A stretch of 63,013 bases of DNA, counting the filler, from Globobulimina sp. (taxonomy: Eukaryota): assembly GCA_003354225.1 (NCBI GenBank). It is 25 parts of 25 records of this genome, joined end to end, with 100 filler letters (N's around TTAATTAATTAA, not from the genome) between each part and the next. Parts side by side here need not be neighbours in the genome. Positions count along the whole stretch, not along the records: positions 1 to 2,426 come from PIVH01006746.1; positions 2,527 to 4,952 come from PIVH01006747.1; positions 5,053 to 7,478 come from PIVH01006748.1; positions 7,579 to 10,004 come from PIVH01006749.1; positions 10,105 to 12,530 come from PIVH01006750.1; 20 more parts are not named here. One strand, written 5' to 3'. A program made the translations under genes and the position numbers. The notes beneath the pieces were generated by a model. It searched no databases. It was not told the origin of the DNA and was given only the letters and a program-made list of their open reading frames with translations. This document shows positions 1 to 12,630 of this stretch, piece by piece. Numbering within the stretch: position 1 is the first letter of the stretch; each line of letters opens with the position of its first letter.

Positions 1-10
1 CATCGCTTTT

Positions 11-1882
11 TTGTGCACCAATTCGAGTTCTTGCTATGTCAAACTGAAGAATCCCATCAAAGGCAAATTTATTACCTTGAAAATCATTGCAAACGTCATC
101 CACAATGGCTTGCATGTCGAATATATAAAATTCGACTGCATTCATGGCAAACATCCGCTGTCTGACTTAATGGGCGCAGACCAAAAGAACCTGGCCATCG
201 CGAAAAGAAATGACATTATCTATCAATTGAAAGCGGAGATGATCGGCGGGAATGGCGAGAGCGAGACCATCGATAATGAGTTATTGACGGAAATGTCCCA
301 AATCATTGCCAACCGCTTATCCGTTTCCCCGCAAACTTTGGACTGCGTCATGCTGGAACCTACCAAGGAGGAATTGAAAAGATTTAAGTTTCTCAATACC
401 GATTTGAGATTATTGCAGTCGCGATTCGCATTAATTAAGTACTTGAATCGATTGGTTACTCCCTTGTTGCACTACATTGACATTACATTGTTTTATAAGA
501 ATAAAACTGAAAATAAAAATAAGTATAAGTCTTTATCGGCGCAGGTGCACCAATTAAAAGGCTGTTATTTTATGTCGACGAAGAAGTCCGTCTTTGACGT
601 ATTATTGGCGTCCACTGCGACGTCGGTGGGTGGTTCGGGTGGAAGTGGATCACCGTTTGGCCGCAGCAGTGGCCATGGAATCGAAAATAAACCGCGTGTG
701 ACATTGAACCGTATCCGGGCTTCTCGAGCAAAGCAATCCGGCACTGATCCGACTGGCAAAATGTCGGTATTTGGACAGTTATTTTCGGCGTTGAAGAATT
801 ATAAATGGAGTCGCTTCAAAACGAATAAGAAAGGCGCCCAACTCTGGAATGTGTCGTTTAGCGGAGAGGGCTCCATCGATGTCGGTGGGCCGTATCGCGA
901 GTCGCTGACCTATGCCATCCAAGACTTGCAGTCGTCGGCCACTCCGTTGTTCATATTATGCGCCAATGGCAAGAACAGCGTGGGCTTAAACCGCGAGAAA
1001 TATATTCCAAACCCGTCGTGTCTGAGCTCTCAATACCTCAAAATGTACGAATTTGTAGGCGTGTTAATGGGCATTGCCTTGCGGACCAAACAAACGCTGT
1101 CGTTCGATTTGCCAGCCTTGATTTACAAGAAATTGCTGGATAAACAGTCGGATATCTCGGACTTGGAAGCCGTGGACAAATTATGCGTGCAGGCACTGAA
1201 CGAGATATCCTCCATTACGGACAGTGCGAATTTCGGCTACATTGTGTACGAAACCTTCACGACCTCGCTCTCCAATAATTGCATTGTGGAGTTGTGCCCG
1301 AATGGCGGCAACATCGACGTCAACTTTTCGAACAAAGAAGAATTTATCTCGTTGGTGATCAAAAAAAGATTATGCGAAAGCAACAAACAAATCGAACACA
1401 TTAAGCGCGGATTAAATATGATCTGTCAACACCGCATATTGTCGTTATTTACGTGGTACGATTTGGAGAGAATGATTTGCGGCGACCCAAACATCAACAT
1501 TTTGCAATTGAGGAAACATACCGTGTATCAAGGCGGCATTTCGTCGTCATCGCCAGTTGTCAAATATTTTTGGAACACGCTACACTCGTTTACGCAGCAC
1601 GAGAGACAGTTGTTTTTGCGCTTTGTGTGGGGAAGGAATAGGTTGCCGGCGACTGATAACGATTGGAGTGAGTCGGAAACCTTCACCATCAAAGCCTTGA
1701 ATGTGTCGTCCGACTCCTTACCAATAGCACATACATGCTTTTTTAGCATCGATTTGCCGCCGTATAAATCATTCAAGATATGCAGAGACAAACTGTTGTA
1801 CGCAATCAATAATTGCCAAGCCATCGATGTTGATTTCAACCCAAACTCTTCTTCATTGCAAGCATGGATTGACGACTTGTGA
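11..1882 (+). CDS. HECT-domain E3 ubiquitin ligase (HERC/HECTD-like), 5'-partial
   Basis: Motifs FSGEGSIDVGGPYRE, YEFVGVLMGIALR, FLRFVWGRNRLP, and catalytic LPIAHTCFFSIDLPPY near the C-terminus. Confidence 0.95.
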   Translation: MCTNSSSCYVKLKNPIKGKFITLKIIANVIHNGLHVEYIKFDCIHGKHPLSDLMGADQKNLAIAKRNDIIYQLKAEMIGGNGESETIDNELLTEMSQIIANRLSVSPQTLDCVMLEPTKEELKRFKFLNTDLRLLQSRFALIKYLNRLVTPLLHYIDITLFYKNKTENKNKYKSLSAQVHQLKGCYFMSTKKSVFDVLLASTATSVGGSGGSGSPFGRSSGHGIENKPRVTLNRIRASRAKQSGTDPTGKMSVFGQLFSALKNYKWSRFKTNKKGAQLWNVSFSGEGSIDVGGPYRESLTYAIQDLQSSATPLFILCANGKNSVGLNREKYIPNPSCLSSQYLKMYEFVGVLMGIALRTKQTLSFDLPALIYKKLLDKQSDISDLEAVDKLCVQALNEISSITDSANFGYIVYETFTTSLSNNCIVELCPNGGNIDVNFSNKEEFISLVIKKRLCESNKQIEHIKRGLNMICQHRILSLFTWYDLERMICGDPNINILQLRKHTVYQGGISSSSPVVKYFWNTLHSFTQHERQLFLRFVWGRNRLPATDNDWSESETFTIKALNVSSDSLPIAHTCFFSIDLPPYKSFKICRDKLLYAINNCQAIDVDFNPNSSSLQAWIDDL

Positions 1883-2426
1883 TCTTTTTTGTATTTCTTC
1901 TTTTTTTTTCTCTTTTTTTTTAATTGCAAATTTTAATTCAGTTCATTTATCATCTCAACCAATCATAAATACGTACGAGATTTCTGCACGAATTCCTATC
2001 TTATTCCTGACTTTTTTAATTTCCCGCCAATGCCCAATGGGTCAATCCATTCCAAATATTGATTTGCTTGCCACAAAATGCTAAATGAATAATCATCCAA
2101 CATTTGGTTCATACCAATTAACTCATCCAGCCGCGGCGGTTGTGGCTGTTTGCATGTTTCAACTCATCTTCAATATTAATACCAAATGCTGCTTTATTAA
2201 AACGCAGCTGATGGTGATAACACGCTCGCTCTCTTTTGTTTGGCCTTCTTTCTTTTCAAGTTCCTAGCTGTTGTTTATTTTGAGAAGACTGTTTTATGGA
2301 AATTGAAGTTCTGATAAGTAAGCTTTTCCCCAAAAAACATTGTTACAAAACTATTATTACATCCAATCCAATCCATTAGAGTTTTCCTATTTGACCTTGA
2401 TTTTGCTCATGATCAACTTTTTTTAA

Positions 2427-2526
2427 NNNNNNNNNNNNNNNNNNNNNNNNNNNNNNNNNNNNNNNNNNNNTTAATTAATTAANNNNNNNNNNNNNNNNNN
2501 NNNNNNNNNNNNNNNNNNNNNNNNNN
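2427..2526. other. Artificial contig spacer (N run + TTAATTAATTAA + N run); first of 24 such spacers, one every ~2.52 kb
   Basis: The same 100-nt block starts near 2427, 4953, 7479, 10004, 12531 and so on to 60491. The linker has stops in all six frames. Intervening contigs are 2426-2423 nt in roughly decreasing order. Confidence 0.98.
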
Positions 2527-2830
2527 AAATATAGCAAATATAGGCAACATTGCAAATATTGGCAGTATAGCAAATATAGGCAATATGAATATGGTTCCAT
2601 TTCCATCAAATCCTACAAATTTTGATCAGTTTTTAAATTATCTCCACGCATCAAATACAAATACAAATACTAATAATAATAATAATAATGCACTCCCATC
2701 GCAATCACAGTCACAATCACAGCCATCAACAAATATAAATATCAGTAAAGTAAATGTAACAAATATACAATGTAACAATTATAACAATAATATGACAATG
2801 TATCCGTCATCAAATCCTAATAAATCATAA
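2527..2830 (+). CDS. Asn/Ser/Gln-rich low-complexity C-terminal fragment of an unknown protein
   Basis: Open frame from the contig edge with NI(A/G) repeats and N, SQ and TN runs; stop followed by a T-rich 3' UTR-like stretch. Confidence 0.4.
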
Positions 2831-3682
2831 CCTAAATTGTTCTTTTCCCATTTTTGTTGTTTTGTTGTTTTGGTAAATTACGTAATATACTATTTATTGT
2901 TTACAGTTTATCGCATTGTCTAACTCTTACTCTGTGGACACTTGCTTTCTGTGGCTCAAACATTTGATATACAAAGGGGTGCCAAATAGTGCAGATCCAT
3001 GACGTGTAATCTATATTAAATCGGGACGAAACATTGGGATGTTATTTGACACTAAATATTACGAAACATCATGCGTGGATATGGTGATTTGGCCTGGTGT
3101 GATTACGAAAGTCCATGTTCTAGGCCGTCATAGCTCCTATACACTATACAGAAGGCCCTAGAAACAGATTCCCGAATCAATCCAACAGATACGGTTTATA
3201 CGTATATTGTGTGGCAAACTCTAGTAATGATACAGTACTCAAAAGGCCATGTATCAGTATCTAATCCTAACTACAATAAATGGAAGGAAGGATACATATG
3301 GTTTTATACAAAGTCTATAAGAGATAAGTTATTTCAAATCGAACAGATATTGATTTATACATATAATATTATTATGACATACTGCTTCTTGACTTTATAT
3401 CATTGATAAACTCATGGGGTACGTTTAGATATCATATGGAAATATTATGATAATGTCTTGGTGTACGAGGTTTATAGTGACTTTGTTTTTAATTGATCGA
3501 GTTAAATGCACTAAATATATTTTCTGTTTTCTTGCGTTATTTTTCTGTGTCAGACCATCGTAACGTAATATGGATAACGTTACAAAATGCACTAAACGTC
3601 GTCATCGACTATTCTACCACGCAGAATAAAAAATCGTTATATTGTTGAAAACTGTAGTGGTTGCATCCTTTCATGCACTTAA

Positions 3683-4952
3683 ATGCCGATTCGCAACACT
3701 TATGTGAAAAAATGGGCACATCATGAAATTAATAAAGCAGTAAACAAATTGAAACGTGGTCATTCTTTACCAAAACAACTAAGTAAAGACAGATTGAAAA
3801 CATTCGATCATGTTTATCATCGATCGGAAATACGTCTGGCATCCATTAAAAATGATGAAAAAAAAAACGAGAATGCTAATAAAAGCTGTAATGGCAATGG
3901 TAATAATCAAGAAAAGCAAGATATCGATAGGCCGCGCGGTGAATATTTACATGAACAAATTGAAAAAGACAAATTGGGCGGTTTACAAGCATTGGATGGT
4001 GGGCGGGATTGTTGTTGCTGGAATAGCTGCCAATATACGATAATTCCCGGCTCCTTTAAGAATGTTTTAGTACAATGCTCCAATGGCTGTTATATGAGAT
4101 ACCACAACGACTTGTCCAATGACGCAGATCTAAACAATTGCAACCAAAACGAGGCAAAGAATGTCAATGTCAACAATGTACATGTTGATATCAACAATAA
4201 TGACAACTGCAACAATCATCATAATAATGTGGATGCCATTGGATGTTGGAATTTAATCAAAAAAAACTATAAAAAAACAAATAATAATAATAATATTGAT
4301 TATTCACAAAAGTGCATCAAAAAAAACTGTAAAGGCAAAATTGTCTCAATTGTACATTGTATTGGCTTTGAACCGCAATCAAATGAAAGCATCCAACAAC
4401 AAACACAAACACAACAACAACAAAATGGTGGCGATGATGAGGAGGAGGACGATATATCGGACAGTCAAAGTCCATCCGATCATATTTTTGATTTAGGAAA
4501 TTTAGCCGAGCCGCCGTCTGGATTTGATATTTTCTGTAAAGAGCTGTTTCTTAAACCCGAAAATAGATTGCTTCGACCACGTGTAATTGACGCAAAATGG
4601 CGCGCCTTATCCAGGCCAAAAAGGAGGAGATACGACGATAGAGCTCGCATATTGCAGTTACAATGGATTCGATTGAAACAAAAGTCGCAAGCTCTTGATT
4701 ACTCATTGAAAGTCGACCAAGCCTCCCATAGCAGCCCTAAATCGAGCACGGCCAAACCAGCGCTAAACGCAGACAACGACTCTCCTCATCGCTCTCCGCA
4801 CCACCAACAGCCGCAAAGCCTGCATTGCATCGACGATCAGGAGAAAAGAAAGAAATTGTTAGCCGAAGAAAGACAAAAAAGAATCGAAGATATGATTGCG
4901 CAGAACCCAAATATTTATGACCTCGACCAAAGACAAAAAAAAGAAGAGCATA
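3683..4952 (+). CDS. HMG-box protein with an N-terminal Cys/His cluster, 3'-partial
   Basis: PPSGFDIFCKE...IDAKWRALSRPKRRRYDDRA fits an HMG box; upstream cluster QCSNGCYMRYH...CW...CIKKNCKGKI. Confidence 0.7.
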
Positions 4953-5150
4953 NNNNNNNNNNNNNNNNNNNNNNNNNNNNNNNNNNNNNNNNNNNNTTAA
5001 TTAATTAANNNNNNNNNNNNNNNNNNNNNNNNNNNNNNNNNNNNNNNNNNNNGTCCAGACAAAAAAATCATATATTAAATACTTTGCAGGTAGTAATGAA
5101 GTAGCTCCGTACAACTAGTCACGATATGCCTGGAGAAAGCAGATGGACAA

Positions 5151-5369
5151 TATGCTACCTACTTTCTAACTGACCTACTTTCTACTCATATAATATAATA
5201 TATATATGATCCCTTGACAGGTCCACCATATGATTAAACTAATATATATATATGAGTACATAATATGCGTATATCTTATACTGTACAGACATATGTGCCT
5301 ACAGCTCTCCACTGATCATATGGAAAATGTTTCCCATAAGTCTAGGTCAGTTAGGAAGTAGGTAGCATA
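5151..5369. mobile_element. MITE-like element with 27-bp terminal inverted repeats
   Basis: TATGCTACCTACTTTCTAACTGACCTA (5151-5177) matches the reverse complement of 5343-5369 with 1 mismatch; both ends carry TA; interior is non-coding and AT-rich. Confidence 0.7.
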
Positions 5370-6149
5370 AGTAGGAGTTCGGCACGGGATCATATATTAC
5401 TCAACTAGAAAACTGTCTTCACGTCTGCGTTATTAAAGTCTTTGGCCTGCAGATTTTGGAGTTTTATTTCCCAAGACTGAGTAGTGTGTGTGTTATATAA
5501 ACGGGGTTGAATATGTGTTATTATGAATTAAACAAGTAAAACAACATATTTTGTGATGGTGAATCGAAGTAATAAATACAAGATAAATATACAATAAACA
5601 GACAGCACAACTGATTGGCATCAATGAAAAGACTGAAATTTGTGTGTTTTTATATTATATTTTGTGTTTGTCTGTATTTGTGCGTATTATTTTTACAAGA
5701 GTTCGCTTTCTTAAGTATCTTTTATATTGTATTTGTTGAATCCTTAAAAAGGAATAAAAATATATAAGGTTCTCAACAAGAGGATCTTCATGTTGGAATG
5801 AATTTAATTGCAATTATTTTCAGTAGCTGATGAAAATCGTTTTTGAGTCTTGATCATAATTGCAGATTTTCATTCATGTAAATGTTTTCAAAGTGAAGAT
5901 GGATGCGCCAAAAAGTGTCTTATTAAAGGTTGCTATAAAAGTGTTTGAAATCAAAAAAAAATGCTCCCATGAATGGATTGGGTGCGAGGAAAAATATAAA
6001 AAAAACATAGTCCGTTCAGGCTTTAGGGCAAATTCATTAGGAGGGCGCCAAAATTCAAACAAAATGTCTTTTGTTTCTGTGGGAAGATGCCACGGTTATT
6101 TTCCGCCAAAAATGGTAAAAACTTGCACAGCTAGATGCTTTGGAATGTG

Positions 6150-6365
6150 AATATTTTGATTATCACATTTATGATAAAATCTGTGAATCAACTTTTTGTC
6201 ACATAAAGTCTCGAATCAACTTTTTGAACGGATATTCCGATAATGTATCTCCATCAACTTTTTGATCATATATTCTGATAAAAAGCCAATTCACACATTT
6301 TGATCAATCCAATCTTTTTGATCAGATTTTCCGATAATATATCACATTTCATTGTTTTGACAGAA
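6150..6365. repeat. Degenerate tandem repeats built from ATCAACTTTTT and TTCCGATAA modules
   Basis: ATCAACTTTTT near 6187, 6216 and 6252 with a variant near 6310; TTCCGATAAT near 6235 and 6330. Confidence 0.5.
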
Positions 6366-6845
6366 AAGTCATTCAAAAGGTAAAAATTGCTTTAAACTCC
6401 TTTCTTTAACGGACCATTTTCTAAGAAGTAGCTTTGTGGATTCGTGAGATTTGCAGGTTTTGATTTGTTAGTTTTGATAGGAGTAGCATTCTTGTGCTGT
6501 AATGTGCACTTTTTCGGTTTGCACTGGATTCACACATTAATTAGTCTTCTGTTTAGGAGCATGCGAGCGAGCAGGTTTGAGCTTTTATGGGCCAGGTCTT
6601 CTCAGGGATGGCATTGACTTGACAAACGTTTTTGCGTATCCTGCTGTAACCATGGCAATGAATAACCATGCAAGCTTCTAGTTCTACAGAGTCACATCAA
6701 GCGGTATAAAAGGGGTCACTTCTTTAAAGTCATCAGACTGCACTCCGAAAGGGTTTGACAAATGAAAACCAAAGTGATGATTTCTCAGAAATTAAACCAA
6801 AGTGATGAAAAATAAAATTTATAAAAAGAGAAACAATATTGCATT

Positions 6846-7478
6846 TCAGACAATTTTTTGAATAATGATTGGGATTTGTGGCTTGGGTTTGGCCATCAAA
6901 AATGAGACAGCGCCGACCCCGCTCGACCAAGCAATGTCTTTGCTTTGGTAGGTTTGTGGCAAAGACAGGTCATAATTCGACACTAAATACGCCAAAATGA
7001 TTCGCAATTCCTTGAGCGCAATCTCACTGCCAGGGCAGTTTCGCTTGCCATGTCCAAACGTCACAAAAGACGGGTTTTTGTGGAACACACACTTGTGACC
7101 CCCGTCCTCAGATTTGAGCCAATTTTGCAAAACAATCTTTGCCTGCGATATTTGACCAAATTCGTTGTGATTAATGTACTGTCCATTCGTGAATATTTCG
7201 CAGTGTCTGGGCAGTTTATACTTTTTGCCATCCTTTGTGGTGACCCAAATGGGTTTGTCACACCAGTGCGGCAGTCCCGTTCGCAAAACCACAGAAATCC
7301 TCAGTATTTCCCACACTAACGCTCTGAAAAGTGGGATTGTGCGCAATACAGCCATGTCAAATCGAGTGTTGAGTGAGACCGAAGCGTTCCTTAATTCGTT
7401 CCTGACTTTTGACTGAATGCGAGGCTGTTTCGCCAATAAAATGAGTGCCCACTCGGCGGTGATGGCAGTCGTGTCTGT
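6846..7478 (-). CDS. Cytochrome P450, C-terminal part (5'-partial)
   Basis: I-helix remnant TDTTAITAEWA at the contig edge, ExxR motif (EILR), heme motif FGHGKRNCPG. Confidence 0.93.
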   Translation of the reverse strand, partial: TDTTAITAEWALILLAKQPRIQSKVRNELRNASVSLNTRFDMAVLRTIPLFRALVWEILRISVVLRTGLPHWCDKPIWVTTKDGKKYKLPRHCEIFTNGQYINHNEFGQISQAKIVLQNWLKSEDGGHKCVFHKNPSFVTFGHGKRNCPGSEIALKELRIILAYLVSNYDLSLPQTYQSKDIAWSSGVGAVSFLMAKPKPQIPIIIQKIV

Positions 7479-7611
7479 NNNNNNNNNNNNNNNNNNNNNN
7501 NNNNNNNNNNNNNNNNNNNNNNTTAATTAATTAANNNNNNNNNNNNNNNNNNNNNNNNNNNNNNNNNNNNNNNNNNNNATAGTAAGTCACAAATAAAAAA
7601 AAGGTTTACAG

Positions 7612-9570
7612 ATGAGCACTGTTTTAAACAATGGCTTCAATGACAACGAGTCACCACCAACATTATCACCACCAACATTATCACCACCAACATTATCACC
7701 AACAACAGCAGTGAGTCATGAAATAGTTGGAATTGGTTCATTGTTATTCGTAGTAATAATCTTAATAACCTTATTTTCATCTAAATTAACCGAACTATTC
7801 AAATTGCATTATATCAATCAATCGACCATATCAATTGTATTTGGTATGATTATCGGAATAATTATAACTTTTTTGCCATCATCAAACGTAAACTTATTCG
7901 AATTCGATTCTGAATTCTTTTTTTTCGTATTGCTGCCGCCAATAGTATTTAAAGCAGGATTTTCTTTAAAACGAAAGTATTTTTTCCGAAATATGTTTAC
8001 AATTTTACTATTTGCTGTGATGGGCACTATCATATCCACATTAATTATCGCATTTGGTTTATACACACTGTCCTTTTTACATATTTTACCATTATTTAAC
8101 TCCGGCAATCCATTGGAATGTTTATTATTTGGTGCTTTAATAAGTGCAGTTGACCCAGTTGGCACATTATCTGTTTTAGGCAATCCCTCCTTAAATATCG
8201 ATGCCACATTATATTCATTAATATTTGGTGAATCTGTATTGAATGATGCGGTCTCCATTGTATTATATAAAATATTCAATAATTACAGTCACAAACACAC
8301 CGCCATTTCATTTCAATCGCACTTCTTTTCTATAATCAGTCAATTTTGTGGCATATTCATTGCCTCTTTTTTTATTGGACTCATCATTGCTTTGTTTGCT
8401 TCTGTCATTTTAAAATACGGATTGCACGCATTCCTTATTCAAAAACCAAGCAATCGCAATGTAAACAATGCAAACAATGCATCGAATATCGAATTACAAT
8501 CAGCAAAAACAAATAAAACCACTACTAATAATTTATCAAATATTAGCAATGAAATGAGCATTGATGATGACGTAACCGACACTGTTGACAGTGACAAGGA
8601 AACGGAGACTCACAGCCACAGCCTCACTGAAAGCAATAATATTATTTATTTGGATGAATATCGACATAACGAAACGCATATCTTTGGTGAGTTGCCATCA
8701 TTAGAATTTTCAATCATTATTTTATTTGCATATTTAAGCTATAATTTAGGAGAAGTATTGCTTTTATCCGGCATTGTGTCGGTATTTTCTTGTGGCATTT
8801 GTATGTCACATTATTCGTGGTATAATTTGACATGGATTGCGCAAATATCGTTGCATCATATTATCATTGCATTATCAGAGTGTTGTGAAAATTTTGTGTA
8901 TGCATACTTAGGAATATCGACGGTTTTATCGTTAACACCATCCACTCGAAAATATGAATGGAATGTGCTATTAATTATATTTACAATTTTGCTGTGTGTG
9001 ATAGCCAGAGCTGCCAATATTTTCCCTTTGTCTGCCTTATCAAATACAAGGCGGAGAATAAAAATATCCACAAATATGCAAATTATGATGTTTTTCAGTG
9101 GTTTGCGAGGTGCGATCGCGTTTGCTTTGGCATTAAATATAAATACGCCACATTCGGATTTAATTATTACGACCACGTTATCCGTTGTTATATTAACTAC
9201 GATTTTGTGTGGATGTACTACGAAATATATGGTTGATAAATTACAATTAAATAATAATAATAAACATATAAACCCACAAAAGACCGATGATGATGACAAT
9301 TATTATAAATTGAATACGAATAAAAATAATAGCAATAAACAAGAAGAGAATGGAGAAAATATTGTGAGTGATAATAAAAGGATTGAAATGGATTCGAATG
9401 AACCATCAACATATACATTTACAGAGGAAAGCAACGAATATCATGGAATTCGAAAATATTGGCATCATTTTGACACAAAGTATATGCAAAATATGTTTGG
9501 TGGATCCACAAATCCATTCATCCAACATAAACATATTGGCATTTATTCAAATAGACAGCAGATCGAATGA
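7612..9570 (+). CDS. Sodium/proton exchanger, CPA1 family (NHE8/NHX-like)
   Basis: FFFVLLPPIVFKAGF, FGALISAVDPV, IFGESVLNDAVSIVL, SGLRGAIAFALA; about 12 hydrophobic segments. Confidence 0.95.
   Translation: MSTVLNNGFNDNESPPTLSPPTLSPPTLSPTTAVSHEIVGIGSLLFVVIILITLFSSKLTELFKLHYINQSTISIVFGMIIGIIITFLPSSNVNLFEFDSEFFFFVLLPPIVFKAGFSLKRKYFFRNMFTILLFAVMGTIISTLIIAFGLYTLSFLHILPLFNSGNPLECLLFGALISAVDPVGTLSVLGNPSLNIDATLYSLIFGESVLNDAVSIVLYKIFNNYSHKHTAISFQSHFFSIISQFCGIFIASFFIGLIIALFASVILKYGLHAFLIQKPSNRNVNNANNASNIELQSAKTNKTTTNNLSNISNEMSIDDDVTDTVDSDKETETHSHSLTESNNIIYLDEYRHNETHIFGELPSLEFSIIILFAYLSYNLGEVLLLSGIVSVFSCGICMSHYSWYNLTWIAQISLHHIIIALSECCENFVYAYLGISTVLSLTPSTRKYEWNVLLIIFTILLCVIARAANIFPLSALSNTRRRIKISTNMQIMMFFSGLRGAIAFALALNINTPHSDLIITTTLSVVILTTILCGCTTKYMVDKLQLNNNNKHINPQKTDDDDNYYKLNTNKNNSNKQEENGENIVSDNKRIEMDSNEPSTYTFTEESNEYHGIRKYWHHFDTKYMQNMFGGSTNPFIQHKHIGIYSNRQQIE
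7651..7700 (+). repeat. 15-bp coding tandem repeat (SPPTL x3) at the NHE N-terminus
   Basis: TCACCACCAACATTA x3 plus a partial copy. Confidence 0.85.
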
Positions 9571-10244
9571 ATGTGTGTATAATATGTTTTGTATTTACAT
9601 TATTTAAATCATGATTACCTTTTCAGCATTAAAAATTTAAAATCATTCGTTTCTCGATTATATCATTCGAACTGATCATTACTTACAGCCGTATTTCGTA
9701 TAATAAAAATCAAGTTTATATAAAATGATGTACATATGCATGCCAGTGACAGTGTATAACTTTGTGCCTTGAAGTGTGACTGCCACTAACAGCACTAACA
9801 GCAGTGTGTTGAGGATTTTATGCAAGTTTAGATTAGATGAACAGAGATATAATAAAAATAGATATAATCAAACACAGCACACAGATATAATAAAAATACG
9901 AGAATACTTTCCAAATGTAGTCATCTCACAAACAGAATGCGTATGTACAGCATCATCTAACCCAATTGCAAGATCGATTGTTGGATTACGATTCAAGAAA
10001 TCAANNNNNNNNNNNNNNNNNNNNNNNNNNNNNNNNNNNNNNNNNNNNTTAATTAATTAANNNNNNNNNNNNNNNNNNNNNNNNNNNNNNNNNNNNNNNN
10101 NNNNCAATTAATTTGTATTGATTATAATCAGTATAATGTAAAAAATTAAAACGCAAACAAAGAATTATTAATAATTACAACAATGCAAAAAATGATAATA
10201 AAAATACAACAGTACATAAAAAAAACGTATTTCGCCGCAAACAA

Positions 10245-12530
10245 TTAAGAAAAGTTCTTTTTGGGTGACAAGAAGCCCCTAAAAAACGAACTGTCTTTTT
10301 TATTTAATGACGCACTTTCTGAGGACGGCAACGGTGATGCCTCTTTCCTCGCACTCTTTTCTGAGCTTCTTTTCTGAGCCACAGAATGCACAAAATTTTT
10401 CAACTTTGTTTTCAATTTCTTGGGTGCCTGCAACAGCCGTTTATTGATTTTATTCCGCCCATCCTCCACCGACAAATGCAACAACAAGCTCCCTTTCAAA
10501 AACTCCTGCACAGTTTCCTGTGGATACAAAAACGAAAACGCCAGTTTAGCAAAATCAAGCAGTTCCTGATGGTTTTCCCTTAACACCACCCAGCATTCCA
10601 CACTAATCTCCACAAATTCCTTCCATTTCTTCCCCATTAACTTTGCCAAATCAGTGGTTATGGCAATTTTGCTCGTATCAATACCAGCCACTTTCTCTCC
10701 TAACATGTAACCAAAATCAATGTGAAATATAGTCCCCTGATCCGTCACCAACAAGTTATCGTAGTGCCGGTCGCGAATACCCATTATATACGCCGCCATG
10801 AAGGAACCCGCACACGTCGCGATTAGATTATTCATCACAGCCTCGGACAGCCGGTACTGTCCGCGCTTATTATTCTGCACATATTTGTCTGTGATGTCCT
10901 TCAAAGTCTGGCAGTTTGGGATCAATTCAATGATTCCGTAATCCGGTCCTAATGCAAAACATTTATAAGTCAAAGCTGCGATTTGTTTGTTATTATAGAC
11001 GCATTTATGTCCACTATCACTCCACAGATCATTCATGAACTTAAACATCGTCAAAACAGACGCGTCCCGTCGCAAATCATCGCCGTATTTCACTATAAAT
11101 GAGGTAATCGGCGTAAAGGCATTACGCAAATAACAGTCAACTAACAACGGCTTCGCGTTGGATTTATAAACTTTGCGGATTTCCAAACGTTGTACGTTTT
11201 TGTTGCCGCTGATAGGACAAACTAACTCTGTACACTGCGTGGCATTAAACACCTGATTTATATACGGATAAACCAACGGTAAGCGGAAGAATTCCACCAC
11301 ATTACAGCCGGTGTACTCAATCATATTCTCGTCGTCTTCGTTGCGATGCACTGTCGGCGATAACATCATACTCAAACGCTGCCCACTTTGCTTGCCATCA
11401 TCTTCGTCAATATCAAACAGCATCGCTTTCTCGTTCTTGATATATTTCGTATTGCTCGGCGTCTTTACGTGTCCGCCGGTGGGGCGCACCACGAAGGTGC
11501 CCAATCTCTGCAATTCCACAATGGACTCCATACAGACATGGTCCTTAAACAAGCGCGACACTGCAAAGCAGTCCCTATACGAATTCAAGAAGAACGTGAA
11601 ATGCTGCGTCAATTCGTAACTGTCGCACATGCGCTTCTGCAGCAAATACGATAACTTGTTGCGAAACTCCATCAAACCGTAAGGCAGCAAGGTCATCGCC
11701 CTGCAGATCACCGGCAACAAGTCGATCAACTCCGACATGGCACATATCTCAATATGCACATCCATCTCACCCATACGCAGCCCCTTCAGCAGCGCCACAT
11801 TCCTGGCGCTCAGCGACAAGCTCCGCTGTCTGCTGCTGGGCGCATCGCGCGGTTTGCACGGCATTCGCGGTTTATGGTCGTCCAAATCGGGCGTAATGGG
11901 CTGTTTGTCCAAGGACAGATGCTGGAAGATCTCGGTGCTGATGTCGTAAGTATGCGGTTTGTGCAGCTGCGATTGCGGCGTATGGACCATTAAGGAGTCG
12001 TACTCAAAGTCGTCGTCCTCGTCCGTGTCGTCGTCCATGTCGTCGCTCGGCGAGTTGCTGTGGTACGCCTGGTCGGGCGTGACGGGGATAAGTGCCATAT
12101 GGGCATTGTCCAGGGCGCTGAATGGAGGCACAGAGATTTTCACTTTGGACGCGTTTGCATTTTGTTGCGGAGAGCGCTCCCTTTCCCTGTCATCATCGCC
12201 CATTTCAGAGATCAGCTCCAAGCTTTCCATCTCGTCGCTGTTTTGCAATAAGATGTTGATTTTCTTCTCCTTGTCGCGATCAGAGGATTTCGGCGAGATT
12301 AAAGCATGCGTATCATCTAACTCTACTTGCTCCAAATCGACAATATCCAGTTTCTCGTCGTCTATATACATGGAACAGTGCGAGGATATCCTGTACAAAG
12401 CAGAAAAGCACAACACATACGTATAGAAATGACAAATTTGTGATCTTCTTCGCCATAAATATCGCCGTCTTCAGTGCTGGGCGGCAATATCGGCGTGTTT
12501 GTACCCAATGGATTTAAGTCGATGCCGTCC
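10245..12530 (-). CDS. Phosphatidylinositol 3/4-kinase catalytic-domain protein, 5'-partial; predicted intron 12362-12420
   Basis: KSNAKP, FIVKYGDDLRRD, MGIRDRHYDNLL, FHIDFGYMLG; a 59-nt GTATGT...TATAG intron joins the open upstream frame (HKFVISI-H-DEKL). Confidence 0.9.
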
Positions 12531-12630
12531 NNNNNNNNNNNNNNNNNNNNNNNNNNNNNNNNNNNNNNNNNNNNTTAATTAATTAANNNNNNNNNNNNNN
12601 NNNNNNNNNNNNNNNNNNNNNNNNNNNNNN

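Noticed and set aside
2890-3480. Coding-like stretch between two genes
   Set aside because: Only short broken frames with no recognisable motif; a decayed gene cannot be told from intergenic DNA.
12391-12420. 30-nt GTATGT...TACAG micro-intron in the PI kinase gene
   Set aside because: It does not join the open upstream frame to the kinase frame; the acceptor at 12362 (59-nt intron) does.
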